The position numbers were made by a program, and so were the translations under genes. The notes under the pieces are model-generated. The model was given only the letters and a program-made list of their open reading frames with translations. It did no database searches and was not told the DNA's origin. A stretch of 64,000 nucleotides of DNA, from contig JAZNLK010000136.1 of the NCBI GenBank assembly GCA_045579055.1, positions 10,732 through 74,731 on the forward strand, read 5' to 3'. Positions 1-9,445 of this stretch are shown one piece after another (the stretch's first letter is position 1; each line of letters opens with the position of its first letter). Source of the DNA: Clostridia bacterium. GTDB taxonomy: Bacteria; Bacillota; Clostridia; Monoglobales; Monoglobaceae.

Positions 1-1
1 G

Positions 2-2164
2 CAGAAAAAATGGATTATTATGGGCGGCTGGTATCTCCAACCCGACTGTGTGATGACATCAGGTGAAAGTCTTTTGAGCCAGATTCGTTTGGGGAACGAA
101 TATTTCCAGGAAAAATTCGGAATCAAGCCTGAAACAGCAATTAATTTTGACCCCTTCGGTCATTCACGGGGCATTGTCCAGATTCTGAAAAAAACAGGAT
201 ATAAAAACTACATTTTTATGCGTCCCGAAACCATCACTCACGGAGATTTTCTTTGGGAAGGCTTTGATGGAAGCAAAATTGTTGCTCACAAACTCCTGGG
301 CAACTACGGCACGCTCAAGGGTCAGGCAAGAAAAAAAATTGAAGACTGCATCAATGAAAACAAGGGAGAAACCGACCTGATTCTTTGGGGAATCGGCAAC
401 CACGGCGGTGGTCCTTCAAAAATTGACCTTGAAAGCATAAACGATCTGATTAAAACCTCCGAAACGGAAATTATCCACTCCTCTGCCGATGACTATTTCC
501 GTGATGTCAACGCCGAAAACCTCCCCACAGTATCACACTCTCTCATTCCTTGCATGGTTGGGTGCTACACCTCAATGGCTCGGATAAAGCAGGCACACAG
601 ACATCTGGAGAACAAAATCGCCATAACCGAAAAGCTTATGAATTATTCCGAAATACTCCACGGTAGCGAATTTGACGAAAAAGAACTAAAAAAAGCAAAA
701 AAAGCCCTTGCCTTTTGCCAGTTCCACGATATCCTCCCCGGTTCAGGAATAAAGCCGGTTGAAGAAGACGGGCTCAGATATATGAATTACGGCGAAGAAA
801 TTGCCGACAAGCTATTCACAAAGGCATTTTTGAAAATGTGCGAAAATCAGAAAAAAGCAAAAGACGGCGAAATTCCCATAATGGTTTTCAATCCTCACCC
901 ATATGAAATTGATGGTGAATTCGAAGTGGGATTTATGCTCCAGAATCAGAACTGGAACGAGGATGAAATAACCCTTGCAACCGTGCACGACGACCAAGGC
1001 AACCCCTTGCCCACTCAGAACGAAAAGCCTGAATGTACATTCAATCTGGACTGGATTCAAAAGGTTTGCTTCAAGGGCAAACTTGCTCCTTCATCCATAA
1101 CAAGATTTGACTGCAGTCTGAAAGTGACAAAAAAAAGTGAGCTTTCAAAATCCGACACAGAGGATGAATTCATAAAGGTTGAAAATCCAAGAATGAAAGC
1201 ATCAATCAGCAAAAAAACAGGCTTGATTGAAACTTTTGAACTTGACGGAATCCAACGTATTCAAAACAGCGGTATCCTCGAAGTTTACAAAGACAACGAG
1301 GACCCATGGGGAATGACGGTCGACTCATTCCGGAATTTTGAAGGCAGTTTTTCGCTTATGAGCGACAGGGATGCAAACAGCTTCCTTGGCTATCCCCAAG
1401 AATCAACGCCAAATGTCCGCATTGTCGAAGACGGTGCTGTCCGTACAAAGGTTCAGGCATTTTTTCAGTACAACCGTTCGGTTGCCGTGGTTGAATACAC
1501 CCTTCCGAAATTCGGCTCATATATAGATGTTGACATCAGAATGCTGTCAAATGAACCAAACAAAATGATAAAATACAGAATCGACAGCCAGGTCTGCGGT
1601 GTGCCATACGGCGAAACCGCCTTTGGATTTGAACCGCTTTTTGATGACGAAAGAGAGTCCGTTTTCCACAAGTGGTGCGGTCTCAAAAACGAAAATGGTG
1701 GCTTGTTTGTGCTGAACAAAGGAACTTACGGAGGAAGCTTCACTCAGAATTCCATAAAACTTTCCTTGCTCAGAACCCCTGTTTATGCCACACACCCCAT
1801 AGAGCAAAGACAGCTTGCACCCCACAACAGATTTCTCAACCACATAGATATGGGCGAAAGACACTTTTCTTTCAGAATAACCAACGAGCATCAATTGGCT
1901 CGCAATGCACAAATATACAACGAAGAACCTCAGCTTCTTTCCTTCTTCCCATCAGGAGACGGCAGCAATAACAAGAGCATTGTCACAATCGACAATGACA
2001 AAATTGTTCTTTCGTCATTCAGAAAAGCCGAAGGCGGTTATGAAATGTGCCTTTATAATGCATCCGAAGACGAAACCGATGCTAAAATTCGTTGCGACGC
2101 CACAGAAAAGGAATATAAACTTCATTTCGGGAAACACGAAATAAAGTTTTTGCAGACAACTTAA
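2..2164 (+). CDS. GH38 alpha-mannosidase, 5'-truncated by the window edge
   Basis: The frame is open from nt 2 (QKKWIIMGGWYLQPDC...). GGW-x-x-PD and FDPFGHS motifs and the overall pattern are typical of cytoplasmic family 38 alpha-mannosidases. Stop at 2162-2164. Confidence 0.85.
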   Translation, partial: QKKWIIMGGWYLQPDCVMTSGESLLSQIRLGNEYFQEKFGIKPETAINFDPFGHSRGIVQILKKTGYKNYIFMRPETITHGDFLWEGFDGSKIVAHKLLGNYGTLKGQARKKIEDCINENKGETDLILWGIGNHGGGPSKIDLESINDLIKTSETEIIHSSADDYFRDVNAENLPTVSHSLIPCMVGCYTSMARIKQAHRHLENKIAITEKLMNYSEILHGSEFDEKELKKAKKALAFCQFHDILPGSGIKPVEEDGLRYMNYGEEIADKLFTKAFLKMCENQKKAKDGEIPIMVFNPHPYEIDGEFEVGFMLQNQNWNEDEITLATVHDDQGNPLPTQNEKPECTFNLDWIQKVCFKGKLAPSSITRFDCSLKVTKKSELSKSDTEDEFIKVENPRMKASISKKTGLIETFELDGIQRIQNSGILEVYKDNEDPWGMTVDSFRNFEGSFSLMSDRDANSFLGYPQESTPNVRIVEDGAVRTKVQAFFQYNRSVAVVEYTLPKFGSYIDVDIRMLSNEPNKMIKYRIDSQVCGVPYGETAFGFEPLFDDERESVFHKWCGLKNENGGLFVLNKGTYGGSFTQNSIKLSLLRTPVYATHPIEQRQLAPHNRFLNHIDMGERHFSFRITNEHQLARNAQIYNEEPQLLSFFPSGDGSNNKSIVTIDNDKIVLSSFRKAEGGYEMCLYNASEDETDAKIRCDATEKEYKLHFGKHEIKFLQTT

Positions 2165-2282
2165 ATAAAAAAGTGTTTGATTAAACACATCAACTCCCCT
2201 GCCCCTCAATCTTGAGGGGATTAAGGTACACTTTATTTGTAATTTAGGAAATATAACATTCTGTTATAATTTCCTAAAAGAT

Positions 2283-2329
2283 AAAAAAAAAATGACCGTT
2301 TTCGACACCGAAAAACGGTCATTTTTTAT
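2283..2329. terminator. Bidirectional rho-independent terminator between the GH38 gene and uxaC
   Basis: Hairpin ATGACCGTTTT...AAAACGGTCAT (2292-2322), flanked by an A-run upstream and a T-run downstream. It lies between two convergent genes. Confidence 0.7.
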
Positions 2330-2373
2330 TCATCATTGTTCAATTAATCCATGTGCCCTAGATTTTCTCGGAC

Positions 2374-2426
2374 TCGATACGATATAAATTCTCGCCCGTA
2401 AGGGCATATCGAGTTGCATCAGCAAC
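2374..2426. repeat. Partial copy of the hairpin/ATATCG element (full array at 22774-22905)
   Basis: The sequence tcgatacGATATAAATTCtcGCCCgtaaGGGCATATCGa plus hairpin GTTGCatcaGCAAC aligns to 22774-22820 (gcgatatGATATAAATTCc..GTCCCgaaGGGACATATCGc). Confidence 0.5.
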
Positions 2427-2497
2427 ATATGGAGTCTTTTTGACATATGGAAAATTCTTGCAAAGAATTCATATCAACGATTTTAATTGCTCATCAA

Positions 2498-3865
2498 TTA
2501 AAATCCAAAATATCTCTTTGCATTCTTATAGCAAACACCCTCAACAATCACCTTCAGAGAGTCCATATCCTTGGGATATTCGCCGTCATCAACCCAAGTG
2601 CCGATGAGGTTACAGAAAATTCTTCTGAAATATTCGTGTCTGGGATATGAAACAAAGCTTCTTGAGTCTGTGAGCATTCCAACAAAGTTGCCAAGGATAC
2701 CAAGGTTAGCAAGAGCCTTCATCTGTTCTTCCATACCGTCACGGTTGTCGTTGAACCACCAGCCTGAACCGAACTGAATCTTGCCTGCCGTGGGAGCCTT
2801 CTGGAAGTTACCCAGCATTGTTCCCAGAACGTAGTTATCCTTGGGATTGAGGGTATAAAGAATCGTTTTGGGAAGAATGTCAGCACACTCAAGATTGTTC
2901 ATAAATGCCGAAAGCTTTTCAGCAATACAAAGGTCATTGATTGAGTCAAAGCCCGTGTCGGGGCCAAGCTTCTCAAACATCTTGCCGTTGTTGTTGCGGA
3001 GTGCACCGATGTGAAGCTGCATTGCCCAGCCAAGCTGGGTATAGTGCTTTGCACACTCTGCAAGAACCGCTGTCTTGAATGTGTCAATTTCATCAATGTT
3101 CAGTTTTTCACCCTTAAGTCTTTTTTCAAACACAGCCTTTGCATCACCAAGAGCAAAGGGAACATATTCAAATGCGTGGTCAGAAAGGCGGCATCCGTTT
3201 TCATGGAAGAACTTAATCTTTTCTTCAACAAAGGCAAGCACCTTTTCATAGCTGTCGATACCGTTTGCTTCGATATAGGGAATAAAATCTCCTTTTTCGA
3301 TGTTCACCAGCTTGTCGGGACGGAATGTGGGGAGAACCTTTGTGGGGAATCCCTGCTCCTTCAACTGCTTGTGATATCTCAAATCGTCTGCAGGGTCGTC
3401 TGTTGTGCAGATAACCTCAACATTTGAACGCTTGATAAGATTCTGAGCCGAGAACTCAGGCTTCGCCAGACACTCGTTACACTTATCCCAAATTTCCTTG
3501 GCTGTTGCCTCGGTTAAGGGAGTGTCGATGTCAAAATATCTTTTCAGTTCAAGACTTGTCCAATGATAGATGGGGTTGCCGATGAGAAGGGGCATTGTTC
3601 TTGCAAAACCCATCCACTTTTCAAACTCATCGCCGTCACCTGTAATCATTTTTTCGTCAATGCCGTTTGAACGCATCTGACGCCACTTGTAGTGGTCACC
3701 GCCAAGGAACAAATCATAAGCATTCTTGAACTTATAGTCCTCAGCAATCATCTGTGGCGACAAATGACAGTGATAGTCAATTATCGGCAAATCCTTTGCG
3801 AACTTTTCATAAATTTCCTTTGCAGTTTCGCTTTTCAGTATAAAGCTGTCATTGATAATTCCCAT
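2498..3865 (-). CDS. uxaC: Glucuronate (uronate) isomerase
   Basis: The N-terminus MGIINDSFILKSETAKEIYEKFAKDLPIIDYHCHLSP matches the UxaC signature. The ATG at 3865 has RBS AAAGGAAG 8 nt upstream. The longer ORF start at 3883 has no RBS. Confidence 0.9.
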   Translation of the reverse strand: MGIINDSFILKSETAKEIYEKFAKDLPIIDYHCHLSPQMIAEDYKFKNAYDLFLGGDHYKWRQMRSNGIDEKMITGDGDEFEKWMGFARTMPLLIGNPIYHWTSLELKRYFDIDTPLTEATAKEIWDKCNECLAKPEFSAQNLIKRSNVEVICTTDDPADDLRYHKQLKEQGFPTKVLPTFRPDKLVNIEKGDFIPYIEANGIDSYEKVLAFVEEKIKFFHENGCRLSDHAFEYVPFALGDAKAVFEKRLKGEKLNIDEIDTFKTAVLAECAKHYTQLGWAMQLHIGALRNNNGKMFEKLGPDTGFDSINDLCIAEKLSAFMNNLECADILPKTILYTLNPKDNYVLGTMLGNFQKAPTAGKIQFGSGWWFNDNRDGMEEQMKALANLGILGNFVGMLTDSRSFVSYPRHEYFRRIFCNLIGTWVDDGEYPKDMDSLKVIVEGVCYKNAKRYFGF

Positions 3866-3889
3866 TTTGAATCTTCCTTTCATAATATG

Positions 3890-5530
3890 TTAATTTTCAT
3901 TAAACAAATTCTTCACCCGGTCATATGCCAGTTTTTCACGTCTGTAAAGGTCAACCAAACCCTTGTTGTTCTGAGTTTTGGGACGGTTGCCGTAGAGCCT
4001 TTTCTCATCCACACGACAATCGGCAAAAAGCCAGATATATATTCCGGTGAGCTTGTCATTGTTCAGATACGCATTGATGTTGCTTGCCAGAATTTCAGCC
4101 TGACGCTCCTCCGACCATTTCACGCAGGTTCTGTCACGGTAGCCGTAAATTCCACCTGCTCCGAACTCACTGATAATCATAGGCTTATCCTTGCCCTCGG
4201 TGGTCTGAATCCAGTCATACATTTTGTTCAGATCTTCCTTTTCATCAATGTCAAAATACCAGCCGTTGTAAATGTTATATGACACAATATCGGGATAGCC
4301 CAGGGAAACATCGTTATAATACTTATTTGACGCAGATGTGGTGGGACGTGTTTGGTCAAGGCTCTTTATCTGTTCATACTGCCTTTTATACATCGCCGCA
4401 CCCTCAGGCGTTTCGGATGAACACTCGTTGAGAATTCCCCAAATCACAATGGACGGATGATTGTAATGATTTTCAATCATTTCGGCAATGCAATCCTCGC
4501 ATTGCTTTTCGAAGTTGGGGTTCTGCATCTGTTCAAGGGTAAGACCTCTTGCGTGGTTTTCCTCCCAAACAAAAATTCCCCTTTCGTCACACATATCAAG
4601 GAATCTTTCGTCATTGGGATAGTGACTGGTTCTCACCGAATTTGCACCCAAATCCTGAATCAAATCAAGGTCAACCGACATAAGCTGAGGCGGTATTGCA
4701 CAGCCCACCGTTGCATAATCCTCATGACGGTTCACACCCTTTAGGAATATGGGTTCATCGTTGACAAAAAGCCTTGTTTTGTCAAGGGTCACCTTTCGGA
4801 ATCCAATGCGTTCAATCAAATCGTCTCCGTCAATTTCCGCTTTCAGCAGATAAAGCTGCGGATTTTTGCCGCTCCAGGGGGTAATCCCTTCATATTCGTT
4901 TTCAAAGGAGCAAATGGTTTCACCCTTTCCGCAAAGCTCAACCGATTTTTTATTTTCCACACCTGCAAGAGAGGTTTTCAGTTCAACCGTCTTTTTGTCG
5001 TCGGAAAGATTAACAATACAAACCTCTGTTCTTCCGCTCCATCTTCCCTTTTCAAAATCAGAAGTGAAATGGATATACTTTATGTAGCTGTCCCCAATAT
5101 ATTCCATTGTGACGGGTCGGATAATTCCGCCGTATGTATAATAATCATTGGGAATGTGGAGTGCCGAAGCTTCGCTGAAGCGATTATCAACTTCAACCGA
5201 CAGGGTATGTTCGCCCTTTTTCACATCTTTCAAAATAATCACAAAGGGTGTGAAGGCATTATAGTGATGACCAACCAATTCACCGTCAAAATAAACATCC
5301 GCCGTATGGCTGACGCCCTTGAATTCAAGACGGATATTGGAATCCTTCGCCACATTCACCACTCTTGTGTATCTGCCTTTTCCCTGATGGGTGGTGAAGT
5401 CGGGATGTTGTTCCCAACAACCGGGAACGGACATTTTGTAGGTTTTTTCAAAGCCTTCCATACAAAAATCCCACACACCGTCAAGGCTCCGCTCATCACG
5501 GATAATATGTGTATCAAAGCTTCTGTTCAT
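3890..5530 (-). CDS. GH2 family beta-glucuronidase-like hydrolase (compact, 546 aa, no signal peptide)
   Basis: GH2 sugar-binding and TIM-barrel pattern. Acid/base motif WGILNEC, nucleophile motif ISEFGAG, and a GUS-like N-x-K motif (QNNKGLVD). RBS AAGGAGG precedes the ATG at 5530. The gene sits inside the uxa operon. Confidence 0.75.
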   Translation of the reverse strand: MNRSFDTHIIRDERSLDGVWDFCMEGFEKTYKMSVPGCWEQHPDFTTHQGKGRYTRVVNVAKDSNIRLEFKGVSHTADVYFDGELVGHHYNAFTPFVIILKDVKKGEHTLSVEVDNRFSEASALHIPNDYYTYGGIIRPVTMEYIGDSYIKYIHFTSDFEKGRWSGRTEVCIVNLSDDKKTVELKTSLAGVENKKSVELCGKGETICSFENEYEGITPWSGKNPQLYLLKAEIDGDDLIERIGFRKVTLDKTRLFVNDEPIFLKGVNRHEDYATVGCAIPPQLMSVDLDLIQDLGANSVRTSHYPNDERFLDMCDERGIFVWEENHARGLTLEQMQNPNFEKQCEDCIAEMIENHYNHPSIVIWGILNECSSETPEGAAMYKRQYEQIKSLDQTRPTTSASNKYYNDVSLGYPDIVSYNIYNGWYFDIDEKEDLNKMYDWIQTTEGKDKPMIISEFGAGGIYGYRDRTCVKWSEERQAEILASNINAYLNNDKLTGIYIWLFADCRVDEKRLYGNRPKTQNNKGLVDLYRREKLAYDRVKNLFNEN

Positions 5531-5540
5531 AGCTTCCTCC

Positions 5541-6911
5541 TTACAGCACAATTCCGTCCTTGAAAATGGAAATCTCTCTGTAATCGTTCTTTTCGTTTTG
5601 TGTCTCGGTTCCTGAGGCTACATCTATTATATAATCAAAAAACTCATCCGTCAAGGGGTTTCCTTCCAAAGTTGGTGATGCATCAAAATCAATCCAGGAC
5701 TTCTTCTTTTCAGCAAGATTGTGATTTGTTGCCACCTTAACCGTGGGAACAGGTGCACCCACGGGAGTGCCTCGACCTGTTGTAAACAGAATCATATGCA
5801 CCCCTGCCGTTGTGAGGTTGGTTATTGCCACAATATCGTTTCCGGGTCCGTCAAGAAGACTGAGCCCGTTCTTTGTCAATTTATCCCCCATTTTCAGAAC
5901 GTCCACAACAGTGCTGAGACCGCCCTTCTGAACACAACCCAAAGACTTTTCCTCCAAAGTTGTAATTCCGCCCTTTTTGTTGCCGGGAGAGGGATTTTCA
6001 TAAATCACCTGATTGTGACGTGTGAAATAATCCTTGAAATCATTGATCAGCGAAACAGTTTTGTCAAATACTTCCTTTGATTCGGCACGCTTCATCAGAA
6101 GATGTTCCGCACCGAACATTTCGGGAACTTCGGTGAGAACACAGCTTCCGCCCATGGAAATCAGCTTGTCAGAAAGCCGACCCACCAACGGATTTGCTGA
6201 AATTCCGCTATAACCGTCACTGCCGCCGCATTTAAGACCGATTTTCAGCTTTGAAACTGGAATGGGAACACGTTCAAAGGTCTTTGCGTATTCCTTCAGC
6301 TCTTCAATAATCTTCACACCCTCGGCAATATCGTCATCCACATCCTGAGTATTCAGAAACTTCACTCTGTCAGGATTATATTCCCCAAGAACCTTTTTGA
6401 ATTCTTCAATATTGTTATTCTCGCATCCGAGACCAAGAACAAGAACCCCTGCCGCATTGGGATGGTTCACAAGTCCACGCAGAACAAGCTGAGTGTTCTT
6501 GTGGTCATCACCAAGCTGAGAACAGCCGAAGGGATGCTCAAAGGTGTGCGCCCCGGTGATATCTGCTAAACGTTTTGCCACCTTGTTAACACAACCAACG
6601 GTGTTGATTATCCATATTTCATTGCGGATTCCCACATCTCCGTTTTCACGGACGTAACCCATAAAGGTTCTGTCGGTTTCCACCTTTGGAATGTCATAAA
6701 ACTCAGGCTCGTAGGAATATTCCAGATTCCCCGAAAGATTTGTTTTCATATTATGAGAGTGAACGTGGTCGCCCTTTTTGATATCCTCGGTTGCGTGACC
6801 GATAGGGTTGCCGTATTTGATTATATTTTCACCGCACTTGATGTCACATATTGCATACTTGTGACCGTCTTGCAAATTCACTTCAACATTATCAAGTTTA
6901 TTTATTAACAT
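5541..6911 (-). CDS. uxaA: Altronate dehydratase (UxaA/SAF-domain hydrolyase family)
   Basis: DNVEV..GHKYA..IKYGNPIGHATEDIKKGDHVHSHNMKTNLS matches the UxaA N-terminal SAF domain, and the C-terminal GD_AH-like region is present. The start at 6911 lies 10 nt after the uxaB stop. The alternative start at 6932 would overlap uxaB. Confidence 0.85.
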   Translation of the reverse strand: MLINKLDNVEVNLQDGHKYAICDIKCGENIIKYGNPIGHATEDIKKGDHVHSHNMKTNLSGNLEYSYEPEFYDIPKVETDRTFMGYVRENGDVGIRNEIWIINTVGCVNKVAKRLADITGAHTFEHPFGCSQLGDDHKNTQLVLRGLVNHPNAAGVLVLGLGCENNNIEEFKKVLGEYNPDRVKFLNTQDVDDDIAEGVKIIEELKEYAKTFERVPIPVSKLKIGLKCGGSDGYSGISANPLVGRLSDKLISMGGSCVLTEVPEMFGAEHLLMKRAESKEVFDKTVSLINDFKDYFTRHNQVIYENPSPGNKKGGITTLEEKSLGCVQKGGLSTVVDVLKMGDKLTKNGLSLLDGPGNDIVAITNLTTAGVHMILFTTGRGTPVGAPVPTVKVATNHNLAEKKKSWIDFDASPTLEGNPLTDEFFDYIIDVASGTETQNEKNDYREISIFKDGIVL

Positions 6912-8196
6912 ATTTCTCAACCTCGTCCGCAAGGTGGCTCAAATCCTCACCCCAAAGCTTGACATTTGCAAGAATTGTCTTCACATCAGCGGTTTTCATA
7001 AATTCGCAAATATCCTTGTCATCATTTGTCATATCGGTTCTGTAGAAGTCAATGAGCTTTGCAAAGGACTGAAGAAGATGCTTTGGCATTTCTCCCGTTC
7101 TCTTTATGTATTCAAGAAGCGAGGGAAGAACTCTCACCTTGAACTTGCTCACCGAATTAAGAGAAATTGATGCACAAAGATGCTTGATATAAGGATTGCG
7201 GAATCTCTCAAATACATTGTTTGCGTAGCCAATCAATTCCTTTTCGGGAAGGTCAAGTGTTGGGATAATTTCCTCAAAAACACAAGCATTAACAAATTCA
7301 AAGAGCTTTTCATTCTCCATACAGTCCTTAACAGTTTCAACACCTTCAAGCATTGCATAGGGAATCATTGAAGTGTGAGCACCGTTGAGAATGCGAACCT
7401 TTCTTGTGCGATAACGTTCAAGATTGTCTGTGATTATAATATTGAGGCCCGTTTTGTCGAAGGGAAGTTCATCACAGATACTTTCGGGACCTTCAATAAC
7501 CCACAGATGGAACAGCTCACTTGTGTTGAGCATATTGTCTTCATAGCCAAGGTCAATATTTTCATCCTTTGGATAGCCTGTTACGATTCGGTCAACAAGT
7601 GTGTTGCAGAAGATGTTTTCATCATTGACCCAAGCCTTGAAGTCATCACCCAAAGCCCAGTCATCGGCATATTTCAGAATAATCGCTTTCAGATTTTCAC
7701 CATTTTTGTCGATAAGCTCACAGGGAAGGAAAATAAAGCCTTTGAGTCCCAGAGTGAATCTCTTGTGGAGAAGTGCCGTCACCTTTGCAGGGAATGACTT
7801 GGGCGGTGCATCGCACAAACTGTCGCTCTCAATATATTCAATTCCCGCCTCAGTGGTGTTCGAGAAGATAAATCTGAAATCGGGATTCTCGGCAAGTGCA
7901 AGATATGCGTTCCAGTCATCATATGGCTTCACGCATCTTGAAATCACGTCAATTACCTTTTTTTCAACTGTGGGTTCACCATCCTTAATACCACGCATAA
8001 TGTGAGTATAAACACAATCCTGTGCCGACAGCTTGTCGCAAAGACCGTTTGCGATGGGCTGAACCACAACCACACTACCATCGAAATCGGTTTTTTCGTT
8101 TGTTATCTGAAGAATCCAGTCCACAAAGCCACGCAAAAATCCGCCTTCGCCAAACTGAATAACTCTTTCTGTTCTTTTTGTTTTGTTAGTAATCAT
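6898..8196 (-). CDS. uxaB: Tagaturonate reductase (altronate oxidoreductase), mannitol dehydrogenase family
   Basis: RVIQFGEGGFLRGFVDW, FSNTTEAGI, CELIDKNG, LVDRIVTGYP, RKVRILNGAHT and RFRNPYIKH blocks are collinear with E. coli UxaB. RBS AAGGAGG precedes the ATG at 8196. Confidence 0.85.
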   Translation of the reverse strand: MITNKTKRTERVIQFGEGGFLRGFVDWILQITNEKTDFDGSVVVVQPIANGLCDKLSAQDCVYTHIMRGIKDGEPTVEKKVIDVISRCVKPYDDWNAYLALAENPDFRFIFSNTTEAGIEYIESDSLCDAPPKSFPAKVTALLHKRFTLGLKGFIFLPCELIDKNGENLKAIILKYADDWALGDDFKAWVNDENIFCNTLVDRIVTGYPKDENIDLGYEDNMLNTSELFHLWVIEGPESICDELPFDKTGLNIIITDNLERYRTRKVRILNGAHTSMIPYAMLEGVETVKDCMENEKLFEFVNACVFEEIIPTLDLPEKELIGYANNVFERFRNPYIKHLCASISLNSVSKFKVRVLPSLLEYIKRTGEMPKHLLQSFAKLIDFYRTDMTNDDKDICEFMKTADVKTILANVKLWGEDLSHLADEVEKYVNK

Positions 8197-8288
8197 TTTT
8201 TCATACCTCCTTGATATGTATATCATACATCAACTTTATCGTGATTTCCTTCAAAATATTGCCTTTTTTGCAAAAAACCACGAAAATA

Positions 8289-8317
8289 TTGACATACTCT
8301 TTCCAAAATGCTATAAT
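8289..8317 (+). promoter_or_regulatory. Sigma-70-type promoter of the AraC gene at 8375
   Basis: TTGACA (8289-8294), a 17-nt spacer, then TATAAT (8312-8317). The perfect palindrome TTTTTTGCAAAAAA (8264-8277) and direct repeats AAAATATTG (8253 and 8283) lie upstream in the uxaB/araC divergent region. Confidence 0.6.
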
Positions 8318-8374
8318 TCAATCGTGAAAGCTGTAATTTCACATTTCACATTTTTAATTTTCCGGAGGGATTCT

Positions 8375-9184
8375 ATGGCAATATACAGCAGTGAAAACTC
8401 CTGCTTTTTTGAACGGAAAATCCACAAAAGCCCAATGACAATGCCCCATATGCATTATCACGAAACTCACGAGCTTTATTTCCTGGAAAAAGGCAGAACA
8501 AAATATTTTATTGGCAACGAAATCTTTATGCTTGAACCGGGGGATATGGTATTCATCCCCAAATTTGTGTTTCACCAGACCGACAACGGACAAAACACAA
8601 ACGTGGAGCGTTTGCGATTCGCCTTTGACGATGACTTTGCGGGGGAAGAATACCGAAAATACATAAACGAGTTGAAAAGGAAACGGTTTATTCGAATCCC
8701 CTCTGAAAATCTCGATGAACTGAAAAGCATAATCGCCCGTCTTGAAAATGAAACAACGAAGAAGCAAAAGGGGTTTGAGGAAATGCAAAAGCTGTGCTTT
8801 ATGCAAATTCTGATTCTGATTTCACGCTACTGCACCACCAACAACACACAGCTCAGCGAAAGCCAGCAATTCGCCCAAAGCATTGCAACATACATAAGCG
8901 AAAACTGTCATCAGGATATGCGACTTGAGACCATCGCAAAAAAATATGCAATCAGCCGTGGGTATCTTTGTCGCCTTTTCAAATCAGCAATGGGCATCAC
9001 CATCTCGGAATACGTGACCATATCACGGATTTCTCTTGCGGAAAAGCTTCTGGCAACCACCGACAAAAACATAACAGAAATTGCCGACCTCTGCGGTTTC
9101 AACGACAGCAACTACTTCGCCTCGGTATTCAAAAAATATAAGGGCATAAATCCGAAGAAATATTCGATGCAGAAGGGGGTGTAG
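8375..9184 (+). CDS. AraC family transcriptional regulator (cupin N-domain plus two HTH units)
   Basis: The cupin-like N-terminus (HYHETHELYF..GDMVFIP) and the C-terminal AraC HTH (ISRGYLCRLFK..GFNDSNYFASVFKKYKGINP) are both present. RBS GGAGGG precedes the ATG at 8375. The longer ORF start at 8183 overlaps uxaB. Confidence 0.8.
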   Translation: MAIYSSENSCFFERKIHKSPMTMPHMHYHETHELYFLEKGRTKYFIGNEIFMLEPGDMVFIPKFVFHQTDNGQNTNVERLRFAFDDDFAGEEYRKYINELKRKRFIRIPSENLDELKSIIARLENETTKKQKGFEEMQKLCFMQILILISRYCTTNNTQLSESQQFAQSIATYISENCHQDMRLETIAKKYAISRGYLCRLFKSAMGITISEYVTISRISLAEKLLATTDKNITEIADLCGFNDSNYFASVFKKYKGINPKKYSMQKGV

Positions 9185-9402
9185 CAAAATACACCGAACA
9201 CGCAAAGCGTAGAAAAGGCTTAATATAGCCGTTTTCAGAGAATGCAGAGGCTAAAATAAGACTATATTTAAGGTGGAAATTCGTTGCACAACGAATTTCT
9301 GTTATAAACTCTTTGCCTTTCAGACAAACTTCACCTCTCGCAGTACCCTCTTACAGCTTCGGGATTCAGTTTGTCTAATCTGCACTATTTTGCATCCACC
9401 AC

Positions 9403-9445
9403 AAAGGAGCTGCCGCATTTTGCGACAGCTCCTTTTACTTTTTTT
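9403..9445. terminator. Hairpin terminator at the 3' end of the giant adhesin gene
   Basis: A 14-bp stem, AAAGGAGCTGCCGCA ttt TGCGACAGCTCCTTT (9403-9435). A strong T-run follows on the plus strand, and only a short U stretch on the minus strand. Confidence 0.5.
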
